Below, one piece after another: positions 55,422 through 64,000 of a DNA stretch of 64,000 nt (positions are counted from its first letter, which is position 1; the number at the start of each line of letters is the position of its first letter). The DNA is from an uncultured bacterium (GTDB lineage: Bacteria; Hydrothermota; Tepidihabitantia; Tepidihabitantales; DTDR01). The translations under genes and the position numbers were made by a program. The notes below the pieces were generated by a model. The model did no database searches, was not told the DNA's origin, and saw only the letters and a program-made list of their open reading frames with translations. The DNA is taken from positions 5,051 through 69,050 of the forward strand of contig CAZDHW010000004.1 in assembly GCA_964505415.1 (NCBI GenBank), written 5' to 3'.

Positions 55422-56119
55422 CTATTAAAGAATTGTTAGAAGCCGGCGTTCATTTTGGTCATCTCTCTAAAAGATGGAATCCTAAAATGGCCTCTTTTAT
55501 CTTTGGCAAAAAAAATGGGGTCTACATAATAAACGTAGAAAAAACTTTAGAACAGTTACGCATTGCGTGCGAAGCAGTAAGAAGGATAGCCGAGAAAGGG
55601 GAGGATATTTTATTTGTCGGAAGAAAACAGCAAGCAAAACCAATAATTGAAGAAGAGGCAACGAGGTGTCAGGCTTTATATGTAACAGAAAGATGGGTTG
55701 GTGGACTTTTGACAAATTTTACTGTTATTAGTTCACGAATTACCCGTTACTTAGAATTAGAAAAAACTTTTCAAACAAAAGATTTTAAAAACATGGGTAA
55801 TAAAGAGATTAGAAAATTAGAAAGAGAATTTGGTAAATTAGAAAAAATTTATAAGGGGCTAAGAGAAATGGAAAGACTTCCAGGAATTATTTATGTGGTT
55901 GATGTGCGGATGGAAAGAACCCCTATTTTAGAAGCTAAAAGAGTAGGCATTCCAATTGTGGCTTTAGTTGATACCGATGGCGATCCTACTTTAGTTGATT
56001 ATCCTATACCAGGAAATGATGACGCAATGCGCTCAATAAAATTGATAACTGCGCAAATTGCAAATGCTGTAATCGAAGGTAGAAAAATTTTTGAACAAGA
56101 ATCAAAGGAGGAATTATGA
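55406..56119 (+). CDS. rpsB: 30S ribosomal protein S2
   Basis: The ORF-track start 55367 is rejected in favour of ATG 55406 ([19 protein letters not shown]...), which has AAGGAAG 9 nt upstream and matches the conserved S2 N-terminus. Overlaps rpsI by 16 nt. Confidence 0.93.
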   Translation: MDQTLTIKELLEAGVHFGHLSKRWNPKMASFIFGKKNGVYIINVEKTLEQLRIACEAVRRIAEKGEDILFVGRKQQAKPIIEEEATRCQALYVTERWVGGLLTNFTVISSRITRYLELEKTFQTKDFKNMGNKEIRKLEREFGKLEKIYKGLREMERLPGIIYVVDVRMERTPILEAKRVGIPIVALVDTDGDPTLVDYPIPGNDDAMRSIKLITAQIANAVIEGRKIFEQESKEEL

Positions 56120-56712
56120 AAGAAATTTCTATCGAAAAAATTAAAGAACTGAGACAAAGAACCGGTTCAGGAGTTTTAGATTGTAAGTTAGCTTTAGAAG
56201 AAGCTAACGGAGATATCGAGAAGGCCATTGAAATTTTAAGAAAAAAAGGTATTGCTAAAGCCGAGAAAAAAAAGGAACGGCCTACGGCAGAAGGAGTGAT
56301 CGATGCTTATATTCATCCCGGAGAAAAATTAGGAGTATTGGTTGAAGTCACTTGTGAAACGGATTTTGTAGCTCGAAATCAAGAATTTCGGAGATTCGTT
56401 AGAGATATTGCTATGCAAATTGCTGCTACTGACCCTTTGGCAATAAGTCCTGAGGATTTACCTCCTCATATTATTGAAAGAGAAAGGAAAATTTATGAGG
56501 AACAACTAAAAGATAGTGGCAAGCCTAAAGAAGTAATTGAAAAAATAATTCAAGGTAAATTACAAAAATTTTATGAGGAGGTTTGTCTTTTAAATCAAGC
56601 GTTTATAAAAAATCCTGAGAAGACCGTGGAAGTTTACTTAAAAGAACAAATTGCTAAATTTGGCGAAAATATAAGAATAAAACGTTTTGCTCGATTTAAA
56701 ATTGGTGAATAA
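56116..56712 (+). CDS. tsf: Elongation factor Ts (short form)
   Basis: 198 aa. [45 protein letters not shown]. Confidence 0.95.
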   Translation: MKEISIEKIKELRQRTGSGVLDCKLALEEANGDIEKAIEILRKKGIAKAEKKKERPTAEGVIDAYIHPGEKLGVLVEVTCETDFVARNQEFRRFVRDIAMQIAATDPLAISPEDLPPHIIERERKIYEEQLKDSGKPKEVIEKIIQGKLQKFYEEVCLLNQAFIKNPEKTVEVYLKEQIAKFGENIRIKRFARFKIGE

Positions 56713-57394
56713 AATTCCTAAATATCAAAAAGTTCTTCTTAAGTTAACCGGCGAAATTTGGGAAAGAAGAAAACTTTTGGAAGAAATAAGCGAAGAAATA
56801 ATTGAAATTGTTAAAGACTTTTCAATAAAAATGGTAATCGTTACGGGAGGTGGTAATTTTATTCGAGGAGTAGTAGATGATATGGGGAATCGGTTATTGG
56901 CTGACCGAATAGGAATGTTAGGCACAGTTATTAATGCGTTAATAATTGAGAATTATTTAAAAAAAAGTCTCCCTTGCACAGTTTTTTCGTCTTTTTTTTG
57001 TATGCCTCTTGTGGAATATTATAATGTAGAAAAAGCTAAAGAGACTTTGGAAGAAAAGAAATTGATAATTATTGCTGGAGGTACAGGAAATCCTTATTTT
57101 TCTACTGATACTGCTTGTGCTTTGCGAGCGCGAGAATTAGGTGCGGAGATAATATTAAAAGGAACAAAAGTAGAGGGAATTTATTCTGACGATCCCTTTA
57201 AAAATAAAAAAGCAAAATTTTACAAAAAAATTACTTATGAAGAAGCAATTAAAAAAGAATTAAAAATAATGGATGGAACAGCTTTTTTTCTTTTAAAAGA
57301 AGCCAAAATTCCTTTAGTCGTTTATAATGCAATGAAAAAAGGTAATCTAAAAAAAATCTTATTAGGCGAAAGTATTGGAAGTTTAGTATGTTAG
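56687..57394 (+). CDS. pyrH: UMP kinase
   Basis: 235 aa. YQKVLLKLTGE, VTGGGNFIRG, AGGTGNPYFSTDTAC. The start codon is uncertain (TTG 56687, TTG 56702 or GTG 56705). Confidence 0.92.
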   Translation: MLDLKLVNKIPKYQKVLLKLTGEIWERRKLLEEISEEIIEIVKDFSIKMVIVTGGGNFIRGVVDDMGNRLLADRIGMLGTVINALIIENYLKKSLPCTVFSSFFCMPLVEYYNVEKAKETLEEKKLIIIAGGTGNPYFSTDTACALRARELGAEIILKGTKVEGIYSDDPFKNKKAKFYKKITYEEAIKKELKIMDGTAFFLLKEAKIPLVVYNAMKKGNLKKILLGESIGSLVC

Positions 57395-57945
57395 AGGAAA
57401 TCTATAAAATCGCAAGAAATAAAATGCAAAAGACTTATGAATTGCTTAGTCAAGAATTAGCAAAAATTAGAACTGGTCGCGCCAATCCAGCGATTTTAGA
57501 TGGAATTAAGGTTGATTATTACGGCAATCTAACTCCTTTAAAACAATTGGCTAATATTTATGTACCTGAACCAAGAATGTTAGTTATCCAGGTGTGGGAT
57601 AAGAATGCGGTAGCAGAAATCGAAAAAGCTATCTATAAAGCTGAATTAGGACTTACACCTAAAATAGATGGTTCTTTAATTAAAATTCCTATTCCACCCT
57701 TAACTGAGGAAAGACGTAAAGAACTTATTAAATTATGTGCCAAACTAGCCGAAGATGCTAAAATTGCTATTAGAAATATTAGGAGAGATGCTAATGATGA
57801 AATAAAAAAATTGGAAAAGGAAAAAAAAATTTCCGAAGATGATGGTCGAATAGGAATCAAAAAAATTCAAGAGATTACTGATGAATTCACCGAAAAAATA
57901 GAAGAACTTCTAAAAAAGAAAGAAAAAGAAATCTTAGAAGAGTAG
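57388..57945 (+). CDS. frr: Ribosome recycling factor
   Basis: 185 aa. ...ELAKIRTGRANPAILDGIKVDYYG...IPIPPLTEERRKEL.K......E.AKIAIRNIRRDAND. Confidence 0.96.
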   Translation: MLEEIYKIARNKMQKTYELLSQELAKIRTGRANPAILDGIKVDYYGNLTPLKQLANIYVPEPRMLVIQVWDKNAVAEIEKAIYKAELGLTPKIDGSLIKIPIPPLTEERRKELIKLCAKLAEDAKIAIRNIRRDANDEIKKLEKEKKISEDDGRIGIKKIQEITDEFTEKIEELLKKKEKEILEE

Positions 57946-58646
57946 TGCAAAAGATTCCTACCCACATTGCTATTATCATGGATGGCAACGGGCGTTGGGC
58001 GAAAGAAAGAAATCTTCCTCGGTATTTTGGTCATAAAGCCGGTGTGGAGGCGGTTAGGGAGGTGGTACGTGGTTGTGCCCGATTAGGAATAAAATATTTA
58101 ACCCTTTTTGTCTTTTCTACCGAAAATTGGGAAAGACCCAAAAGTGAAGTGAATGCTTTGATGCAATTATTGAAAAAATTGTTAAAAAGTGAAGCTAAAG
58201 AATTATACGAAAATAATGTTCGTGTAAAGGCAATTGGCCAAATTGAAAAGTTGCCTAAAGAAGTTAAGGAGAATTTAGAAGAATTAATTAACTTAACTAA
58301 AGATAATAATGGTTTAACTTTGGTTTTAGCCTTGAGTTATGGTGGTCGTCAAGAAATTGTAGAGGCTGTAAAGAAAATTTTGAAAATAAAAATGGAGCCA
58401 GAAAAACTTGATGAAAAGGAATTTAGAAAATTTCTCTACGACCCCGAAATTCCCGATCCCGATTTACTAATAAGAACCGGTGGAGAATTACGAATATCTA
58501 ACTTTTTACTTTTTCAATCAGCTTATACCGAATTTTATTTTACTCCTACTCTTTGGCCTGATTTTCGGGAAAAAGAATTAATTTTGGCGATTGAAGATTA
58601 CCAAAAAAGAAAAAGAAAATTCGGAAGAGTTTTAGAATTTGAGTGA
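57945..58646 (+). CDS. uppS: Undecaprenyl-diphosphate synthase (cis-prenyltransferase)
   Basis: 233 aa. HIAIIMDGNGRWA, TLFVFSTENWERP, RTGGELRISNFLL.Q.AYTEF. The GTG start overlaps the frr stop by 1 nt. Confidence 0.95.
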   Translation: MQKIPTHIAIIMDGNGRWAKERNLPRYFGHKAGVEAVREVVRGCARLGIKYLTLFVFSTENWERPKSEVNALMQLLKKLLKSEAKELYENNVRVKAIGQIEKLPKEVKENLEELINLTKDNNGLTLVLALSYGGRQEIVEAVKKILKIKMEPEKLDEKEFRKFLYDPEIPDPDLLIRTGGELRISNFLLFQSAYTEFYFTPTLWPDFREKELILAIEDYQKRKRKFGRVLEFE

Positions 58647-59427
58647 TTTTTTAAAAAGATCAATTATTGCTCTTCTTTTTGGGGGGCTTTTAATAATTTC
58701 TTCTTTTAATAATTTTTTTCTTTTCCTTTATTTACAGATTTTTTTATTTATTGCTGGCTACGAACTTTTAAAAATTTATCGATTGAAATTTTATAATTTT
58801 AGTTGGATTTTTTATTTTTATCCCTTTTTAAATATTCTTCTTTTAACTGTTTTTTATCTTCAAAAAAATATTAATTTAATATTATTTTATTATTTTGTTA
58901 TTTTAACAATAATAACTTTATTAAGAAGACCAATTTCTATTGAAAATTTAATTTTTGGTCTTTTTTTCTTTATCTATTTGGGTATCTTACCCGCTCACAT
59001 TTTTTTATTAAAAAATTTTATATTAAAAAAAAATTTTTCTCATTGGTTATTTTTATTTCCTTTTTTCTTCACTTGGTTTAACGATACAATTGCTTACATT
59101 TTTGGTAGTTTGTTTGGTAAACATAAAATTGCTAAGGATATAAGTCCTAATAAGAGTTGGGAAGGGCTGTTATTTAGTATCGTTTTTTCTATTTTTTTTG
59201 CTTTTTTCTATTTGAAGAAATTTTTTCCTCTTAAAAATCTTTTGCTTTTAGGAGTCTCATTAAGTCTTTTGGCATTTCTTGGTGATTTATTAGAATCTTT
59301 AATGAAAAGGGAAGTGAAAATTAAAGATAGTTCAAATTTATTACTTGCTCACGGTGGTTTTTTAGACCGGATTGATAGTTTACTTTTTACTATTCCAGGT
59401 TTTTATTATTTTTTGATTAATCAATGA
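58639..59427 (+). CDS. cdsA: Phosphatidate cytidylyltransferase (CDP-diglyceride synthase)
   Basis: 262 aa, polytopic. NDT.AYIFGSLFGKHK...ISPNKSWEG and the C-terminal signature GD...S..KR...KDSSNLL..HGG.LDR.DSLLF. Uses a TTG start. Confidence 0.9.
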   Translation: MSDFLKRSIIALLFGGLLIISSFNNFFLFLYLQIFLFIAGYELLKIYRLKFYNFSWIFYFYPFLNILLLTVFYLQKNINLILFYYFVILTIITLLRRPISIENLIFGLFFFIYLGILPAHIFLLKNFILKKNFSHWLFLFPFFFTWFNDTIAYIFGSLFGKHKIAKDISPNKSWEGLLFSIVFSIFFAFFYLKKFFPLKNLLLLGVSLSLLAFLGDLLESLMKREVKIKDSSNLLLAHGGFLDRIDSLLFTIPGFYYFLINQ

Positions 59428-59597
59428 AAAAGAAAATTGGTTTTCGAGTTTCTCGTTATCAACTAGTAAAATCATTATCACGGCAGAAAAGGATTGTAAA
59501 GCCAACAAAAATTTTTAAGAATAAAAAGGCATACAAAAGAAGTAAAGAAAAAGAAAAATTTAGAAAAATAATAAAAGAAAATCTTGAAGATAAATAA
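59424..59597 (+). CDS. Small, extremely basic hypothetical protein (57 aa), not in the ORF track
   Basis: The ATG at 59424 overlaps the cdsA stop (ATGA). MKKKIGFRVSRYQLVKSLSRQKRIVKPTKIFKNKKAYKRSKEKEKFRKIIKENLEDK. It fills an otherwise 190-nt gap in a compact region. Coding status is not proven. Confidence 0.45.
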   Translation: MKKKIGFRVSRYQLVKSLSRQKRIVKPTKIFKNKKAYKRSKEKEKFRKIIKENLEDK

Positions 59598-59617
59598 TAT
59601 TTAATTAAAATAAAAAA

Positions 59618-60166
59618 ATGAAAAGGGAAGAAGCCTTAACATTGATCAATCAGCATGTAAAAAATGAAAATCTTAAGAAACACTTATTAGCCGTGGAAGC
59701 TTGTATGAAGGCCTTAGCAAAATATTTTAACGAAGACGAAGAAAAATGGGGACTCTGCGGTTTGCTTCACGATTTAGATTACGAAGAAACCAATAGACAG
59801 CCGGAAAAACATGGTATTTTAACAGTTGAGATTTTAAAAAAAGAGAACTTTGCCGATCAAGAAGTCTTAAACGGAATTTTGGCTCATTGTGAGAAAAAGA
59901 TACCCGAAAATAAATTAGAAAAATCGATTTATGCAATTGACCCTTTAACCGGTCTTATCATCGCTGCTTGTTTGATGCATCCAGAAAAAAAATTGAAAAG
60001 CTTAGATGTAGGATTTATATTACGCCGTTTTAAAGAGAAAAAATTTGCTGCCGGAGCTAATCGCGAACAAATCAAAAAATGTGAAGAGCTTGGCTTGAGT
60101 TTAGAAAATTTTATTGAAATCTGTTTAAAAGCAATGCAGGATATTGATAAGGAATTGGGTTTATGA
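59618..60166 (+). CDS. HD-domain metal-dependent phosphohydrolase
   Basis: 182 aa. H...LLHDLDYE (HD motif) and a later H..C/E ligand region. Overlaps the glyQ start by 4 nt. Confidence 0.75.
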   Translation: MKREEALTLINQHVKNENLKKHLLAVEACMKALAKYFNEDEEKWGLCGLLHDLDYEETNRQPEKHGILTVEILKKENFADQEVLNGILAHCEKKIPENKLEKSIYAIDPLTGLIIAACLMHPEKKLKSLDVGFILRRFKEKKFAAGANREQIKKCEELGLSLENFIEICLKAMQDIDKELGL

Positions 60167-61029
60167 GTATAAAAAGTTTTCAAGAAATTTTTTTAACTTT
60201 ACAAATTTTTTGGGAAAATCAAGGTTGCCTCATTTTTACTCCTTATAATTCTGAAGTTGGTGCAGGAACTTTTAATCCAGCTACTTTTTTTAAAGTTTTG
60301 GATGAAAAACCTTGGCGAGTTTGTTATGTTGAACCATCAAAGAGACCTCGAGATGGTCGTTACGGCAAAAACCCTTTGAGAGTTCAACAATATTGGCAGT
60401 TGCAAGTAGTTTTAAAGCCAGCACCCAAAAATATTCAAGAAATTTATTTAAAAAGTTTGACAGCTATTGGTATCGATTTAAAAAATAATGATATTAAATT
60501 TATTGAAGATGATTGGGAATCGCCAACCTTAGGAGCTTGGGGAATAGGCTGGCAGGTAGAACTTAATGGAATTGAGATAACTCAATTTACTTATTTTCAG
60601 CAAATGGGTGGTTTAGATTTGAAAATTATTCCGGTAGAAATTACCTATGGTTTAGAACGGATTGCTATGTTTTTACAGAAAGTTTTTTCAATTTTTGATA
60701 TTCAATGGGATGGGAAGGATACCTGGGGCGATATTTATTTCCAAAATGAAAAAGAATTTTCGCATTTTAATTTTGAAGAAATTATTCCGGAAGAATATGT
60801 AAGATTATTTAATCTTTACGAAAAAGAAGCCCAAAGGCTATTAGCGAAAGGTTTGGTTTATCCCGGTTATGACTTTGTGATTAAATGTTCTCATATTTTT
60901 AATCTTTTAGAAGCTCGAGGTGTTATTAGTGTTTCCGAAAGGATAAATTACATAAAAAGAATAAGAGATTTAGCCCGATTAGCAGCAATAAAATATTTAG
61001 AGAAGAAGCAATCCCTTCCCTCCTCTTAG
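60163..61029 (+). CDS. glyQ: Glycyl-tRNA synthetase alpha subunit
   Basis: 288 aa. FQEIFLTLQIFWENQGC, PYNSEVGAGTFNPATF, VEPSKRPRDGRYG.NP.R.Q.YWQ.QV. Confidence 0.96.
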   Translation: MSIKSFQEIFLTLQIFWENQGCLIFTPYNSEVGAGTFNPATFFKVLDEKPWRVCYVEPSKRPRDGRYGKNPLRVQQYWQLQVVLKPAPKNIQEIYLKSLTAIGIDLKNNDIKFIEDDWESPTLGAWGIGWQVELNGIEITQFTYFQQMGGLDLKIIPVEITYGLERIAMFLQKVFSIFDIQWDGKDTWGDIYFQNEKEFSHFNFEEIIPEEYVRLFNLYEKEAQRLLAKGLVYPGYDFVIKCSHIFNLLEARGVISVSERINYIKRIRDLARLAAIKYLEKKQSLPSS

Positions 61030-61084
61030 CTCAGTCTTTTTGCTAACTGTTTAAAAATTAAGAAGTTATTGTAATTTTTTATTG

Positions 61085-61113
61085 TTGACATTTTTATTGT
61101 TTATAAATAAAAT
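61085..61113 (+). promoter_or_regulatory. Consensus promoter of the KaiC-like/GGDEF-like - TPR-barrel - GT2 operon
   Basis: TTGACA (61085-61090), 17-nt spacer, TAAAAT (61108-61113). It is followed by GAGG (61127-61130) and ATG 61139. Confidence 0.55.
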
Positions 61114-61138
61114 ACTCAATATTATTGAGGACTGGGTA

Positions 61139-62161
61139 ATGATACCTGATTTTTTAAAGACAGGTATTAAAGAAATTGATGACAATTGGGGTGGTTTTCG
61201 TGTAGGCTACCCTTACCTTTTAATTTCGGAAAAAGAAACAATAAATAACGAAATTCTTCTAAAATATACTCATAAAAATTTAATAGCTGGTCAAGCAGTT
61301 CTTTATTTTACTTCTTTAGATACTGAAAATTTTTTAAATTATATTCAAAAAATAATACCAAATACCAATGAATATATTAAAAAAAATCTTTTAGCGCTTC
61401 ATTTTATTAACCCGAAATTTCTTAGGATCAAGGATGATAAAAAAATTCTTACTGCTTTATCTGTTTTAAAAAAAATTTTAGTTAAAGAATCAGCTAAATT
61501 ATTAATAATTGAAAACTTTGATTATTTTCTTAATTTACAAAATTTAGAAAAACTTTATAAAGAGATATTTGAAGTTTTCCAAATACTGAAAGAATGTTCC
61601 TGTATAGGGTTTTTTTCTTTAATAAAAAAATTTGTTGAAGAAAATAATGAAATTTTTTCTTATTTAAAAGAAATTGCCGCGGGTGTTATTTTTTATGAAA
61701 ATAATAACTACCATTTATTTTCGCGTTTTTCTCACGGAATAAAGCAAGTAGAAAAAGAAGTGATTTCTATTTCCGAATTTCCTCAAGATTTAGCTGACCA
61801 GGATGAGTATACCGGTCTTTATAATTATCAAGGATTTTGCCGAATTTTAGCTAATTTAATTACCCAAAAAATTAATTTCTTCCTTTTTGGTTTTTCGATT
61901 AGTTTTGAGTTTAATGAACATTTAAAGAGAATTTTTCTTCATCGGATAACTAAGGTCTTGAAAGAAAACGGAATAAAAGTTCCTGGGATGCGATATCAGG
62001 ATAAAATTTATCTATTATTTTTAGATAATAAAGAAAAGCTGGAAGAATGTAAAAAAATCATTAACCAAGAAGAAATTGCCGGAGGAATAAAAATTACTAA
62101 CTTTATTTACCATTATCCAGAAGATTTTCAAACATTAGAAGAACTTATTAAAATTTTATGA
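61139..62161 (+). CDS. Fusion of a degenerate KaiC/RecA-like ATPase domain and a degenerate GGDEF-like domain
   Basis: The track ORF starts at TTG 61082 inside the promoter, so ATG 61139 is preferred. The N-domain TGIKEIDDNWGGFRVGYPYLLISEKETINN...GQAVLYFTSLD parallels KaiC-type TGI.GLD..LGGG...G...L..G.PG.GKT...G....Y.S.E but lacks Walker A. The C-domain DEYTGLYNYQGF... ...GMRYQDKIYLLF parallels D.LTGL.NRR.F......R.GGDEF..LL with GGDEF replaced by QDKIY. Confidence 0.55.
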   Translation: MIPDFLKTGIKEIDDNWGGFRVGYPYLLISEKETINNEILLKYTHKNLIAGQAVLYFTSLDTENFLNYIQKIIPNTNEYIKKNLLALHFINPKFLRIKDDKKILTALSVLKKILVKESAKLLIIENFDYFLNLQNLEKLYKEIFEVFQILKECSCIGFFSLIKKFVEENNEIFSYLKEIAAGVIFYENNNYHLFSRFSHGIKQVEKEVISISEFPQDLADQDEYTGLYNYQGFCRILANLITQKINFFLFGFSISFEFNEHLKRIFLHRITKVLKENGIKVPGMRYQDKIYLLFLDNKEKLEECKKIINQEEIAGGIKITNFIYHYPEDFQTLEELIKIL

Positions 62162-63720
62162 ATTTCTTTTTAATTATCTTTGTTCTTTTTACTAATAACC
62201 AATTGGAGAAAGCTAAAGAATTGTACCAAAAAGGAATATATTTAGAAGCAATTTATTATTTAAATAACTATTTAGAAAAAAATCCCCATGATAAAGAAGC
62301 GCAGACGCTGAAGAAAAAGATTTTTTTAGAATTAAATCTTACTGATTCTTTATCACAAAATAATAATCCTTCATTTATTTCTCGTAAAAGAAAAAAGGGA
62401 GATCAACTAATAAAAAAGCCGGGGATAACTTATTTAGATACTTTATTAAAAGCGAAGAAAGCAAAGGAAGAAGGTGATTATTTTAAAAGTCTTATTTTTT
62501 ATGAAGCCTTTTTAAAAAAAGATACCACTGATAAAAAAATATTTTACGAAGTGGCTCAAGTCGCCAGTTGGTTAGGTTTTTTAAATAAAGCTGTTTTTTA
62601 TTACGAAAAATATTTGCGTTATTTTCCGGAAGATAAAAAAGCCCTTTACGAATTAGGTTTAACTTATAGTTGGAATGGAAATTATGAAAAGGCATTAGCA
62701 ATTTTAGACAGTTTAGAAAAAGAAACGAGCGATGTAAAAATTAGTTTAACAAAAGCAAAGATTTATGAATGGCAAGGGAATTATCTTAATGCTTATAAAA
62801 TTTATCAACAATTAAAAAATCTTTATCCTGAAAGTGAAGATATTGCTCAAGAAATGGAACGTTTAAAAAAGATAATTAATAAGACTGAAGAGAAAAAAGA
62901 TAAATTTTTGAAGTATGCTTTCTTACCATTATTTGCTTATCAACAGACAAACGAAGGTTGGCAGCGATTTTTGTTAAAATCTTCTTGTCAATTTGTGGAG
63001 AATAAATTAACAAGTAGCCTTTTTTATGAATGGCAACAATGCCGAGAAAAAGAAAGTTTAAGAATAATAAATAAAATTGGTTTAAATAATAAAATTAATC
63101 TTTCTGAAGAAGTGAGCCTTAATTTGAATATTCATTATTTAGCCATAAAGAAAAGCGCAGATATAATTCTTTATGGCTGTGGTGTGGATTATGAAAATCA
63201 AAAATTAGCGATAAATTTAGCCTATAACAAAAAACCAATTTGGGAAGAAGTCTATAAAATAAATACTTGTTACAATTTACTAACAAGTGACGAACTTTTT
63301 GGTTTTTGGGCTTATCGGCCTTTTGATTTTTTAGGTTTTGAAGGAGGTTATCGTTATGCTTTTTATCGGGATGAAAACGAATTAAATAATGGTAATTTTC
63401 GTTTCTTTTTTTTATTTATGAATAACTTAAAATGTGGTTACGAGTACCATTTTTTAGGCTATCATTTGCAAAAGGAAGAATATTGGTCACCGAAATTTTA
63501 TGAAGTTCATTCACTTTTTCTCAATATTTTTAACGAAAATTGGGAAGCTTTTTTTAAATTGGGGAAACCAATGGACCATCGGTTTTTAGAAAAGAATATT
63601 GCGGCAGCTTTTAAAATAAAATTGGTAAAGACTTTAGAGTTTTTAATAAGTGGTCGCTACAGCGAAACTTATTATTATAAAATTGGCGAAATTAGTTTTA
63701 ATTTTAGCTATCTCTGGTGA
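62158..63720 (+). CDS. TPR-repeat protein with predicted C-terminal outer-membrane beta-barrel (PgaA/BcsC-like architecture)
   Basis: 520 aa. Short hydrophobic N-terminus, TPR-like helices (aa about 20-260), then an alternating aromatic/polar C-terminal half that ends ...EISFNFSYLW (terminal aromatic residue typical of OMPs). Confidence 0.5.
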   Translation: MNFFLIIFVLFTNNQLEKAKELYQKGIYLEAIYYLNNYLEKNPHDKEAQTLKKKIFLELNLTDSLSQNNNPSFISRKRKKGDQLIKKPGITYLDTLLKAKKAKEEGDYFKSLIFYEAFLKKDTTDKKIFYEVAQVASWLGFLNKAVFYYEKYLRYFPEDKKALYELGLTYSWNGNYEKALAILDSLEKETSDVKISLTKAKIYEWQGNYLNAYKIYQQLKNLYPESEDIAQEMERLKKIINKTEEKKDKFLKYAFLPLFAYQQTNEGWQRFLLKSSCQFVENKLTSSLFYEWQQCREKESLRIINKIGLNNKINLSEEVSLNLNIHYLAIKKSADIILYGCGVDYENQKLAINLAYNKKPIWEEVYKINTCYNLLTSDELFGFWAYRPFDFLGFEGGYRYAFYRDENELNNGNFRFFFLFMNNLKCGYEYHFLGYHLQKEEYWSPKFYEVHSLFLNIFNENWEAFFKLGKPMDHRFLEKNIAAAFKIKLVKTLEFLISGRYSETYYYKIGEISFNFSYLW

Positions 63721-63721
63721 G

Positions 63722-64000
63722 ATGCGAGAGAAAAAATTTTTTATTACTTTAATTCTTTTAGTAATCATTATCATTAGTTGTTTTTATCTTTTAAGGTTTA
63801 TAAAAGAAAAGATTAATTTAAGTTATTCTCATATTTTTATGTTAAGTTTAAGCGTTATGCTTTTGACCTTTTTTATACTTTTGCTTTTCCGCTATCTTTT
63901 AATTCTTGTTTTTTCCTTACTTTTTCATTTTCGTTATCAAAAAGAATTTTCAAAAGATAATCTAAAAATGGTATCAATTTTAATACCGGTTTATAACGAA
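63722..64000 (+). CDS. Family-2 glycosyltransferase with N-terminal TM helices (PgaC/BcsA/IcaA-like synthase), 5' fragment only
   Basis: Not in the ORF track because it runs off the window. MREKKFFITLILLVIIIISCFYLL... has two hydrophobic helices and then ...NLKMVSILIPVYNE, the canonical start of the GT2 catalytic domain. Confidence 0.6.
   Translation, partial: MREKKFFITLILLVIIIISCFYLLRFIKEKINLSYSHIFMLSLSVMLLTFFILLLFRYLLILVFSLLFHFRYQKEFSKDNLKMVSILIPVYNE

Noticed and set aside
61082-61138. TTG-initiated 19-codon extension of ORF 61082-62161
   Set aside because: The extension would begin inside a perfect TTGACA-17-TAAAAT promoter. ATG 61139, preceded by GAGG, is the sensible start.

Overview
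AT-rich, very gene-dense bacterial chromosome segment (standard code 11; TGA is used as a stop; many 1-20 nt gene overlaps). No rRNA, CRISPR array, transposase, integrase or phage genes are visible. About two thirds is core housekeeping. This includes tRNA-Leu-tig-clpP-clpX, plsY-gpsA, gltX, ileS and truA. It also includes the ancient tRNA(Thr-Tyr-Gly-Thr)-tuf-rpmG-tRNA(Trp)-secE-nusG-rplKAJL-rpoBC-rpsL-rpsG block, plus rplM-rpsI-rpsB-tsf-pyrH-frr-uppS-cdsA and glyQ. The rest is envelope and accessory. There is a Wzx/Wzy-type polysaccharide locus (about 6.6-18.8 kb), two further GT4 genes, a Kelch-repeat protein with a T9SS-type C-terminal sorting domain, a TPR/FG-GAP/UnbV protein and a PKD/beta-propeller protein. 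At the right edge sits a putative synthase-dependent exopolysaccharide module. The T9SS-type tail and the Bacteroidota-like 'GxHH' IleRS signature suggest an uncultivated FCB-group-like lineage, but this is inference only. Seven items deserve a second look. (1) A 4-gene cassette of two thiolase-fold paralogs that both lack every canonical catalytic residue, plus two DUF35 proteins. (2) A leaderless 2-TM coiled-coil protein plus an orphan CheW-like protein, wedged between ribosomal operons. (3) A degenerate KaiC-like/GGDEF-like fusion ahead of a TPR-beta-barrel protein and a GT2 synthase. (4) A roughly 80-nt intergenic element present in two copies. (5) Pervasive consensus promoters placed 5-13 nt from start codons, implying leaderless operon-first genes. 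(6) An rpmG stop codon that overlaps nucleotide 1 of tRNA-Trp. (7) A Cys4 insertion in EF-Tu. All calls rest on by-eye motif recognition; no searches were run.
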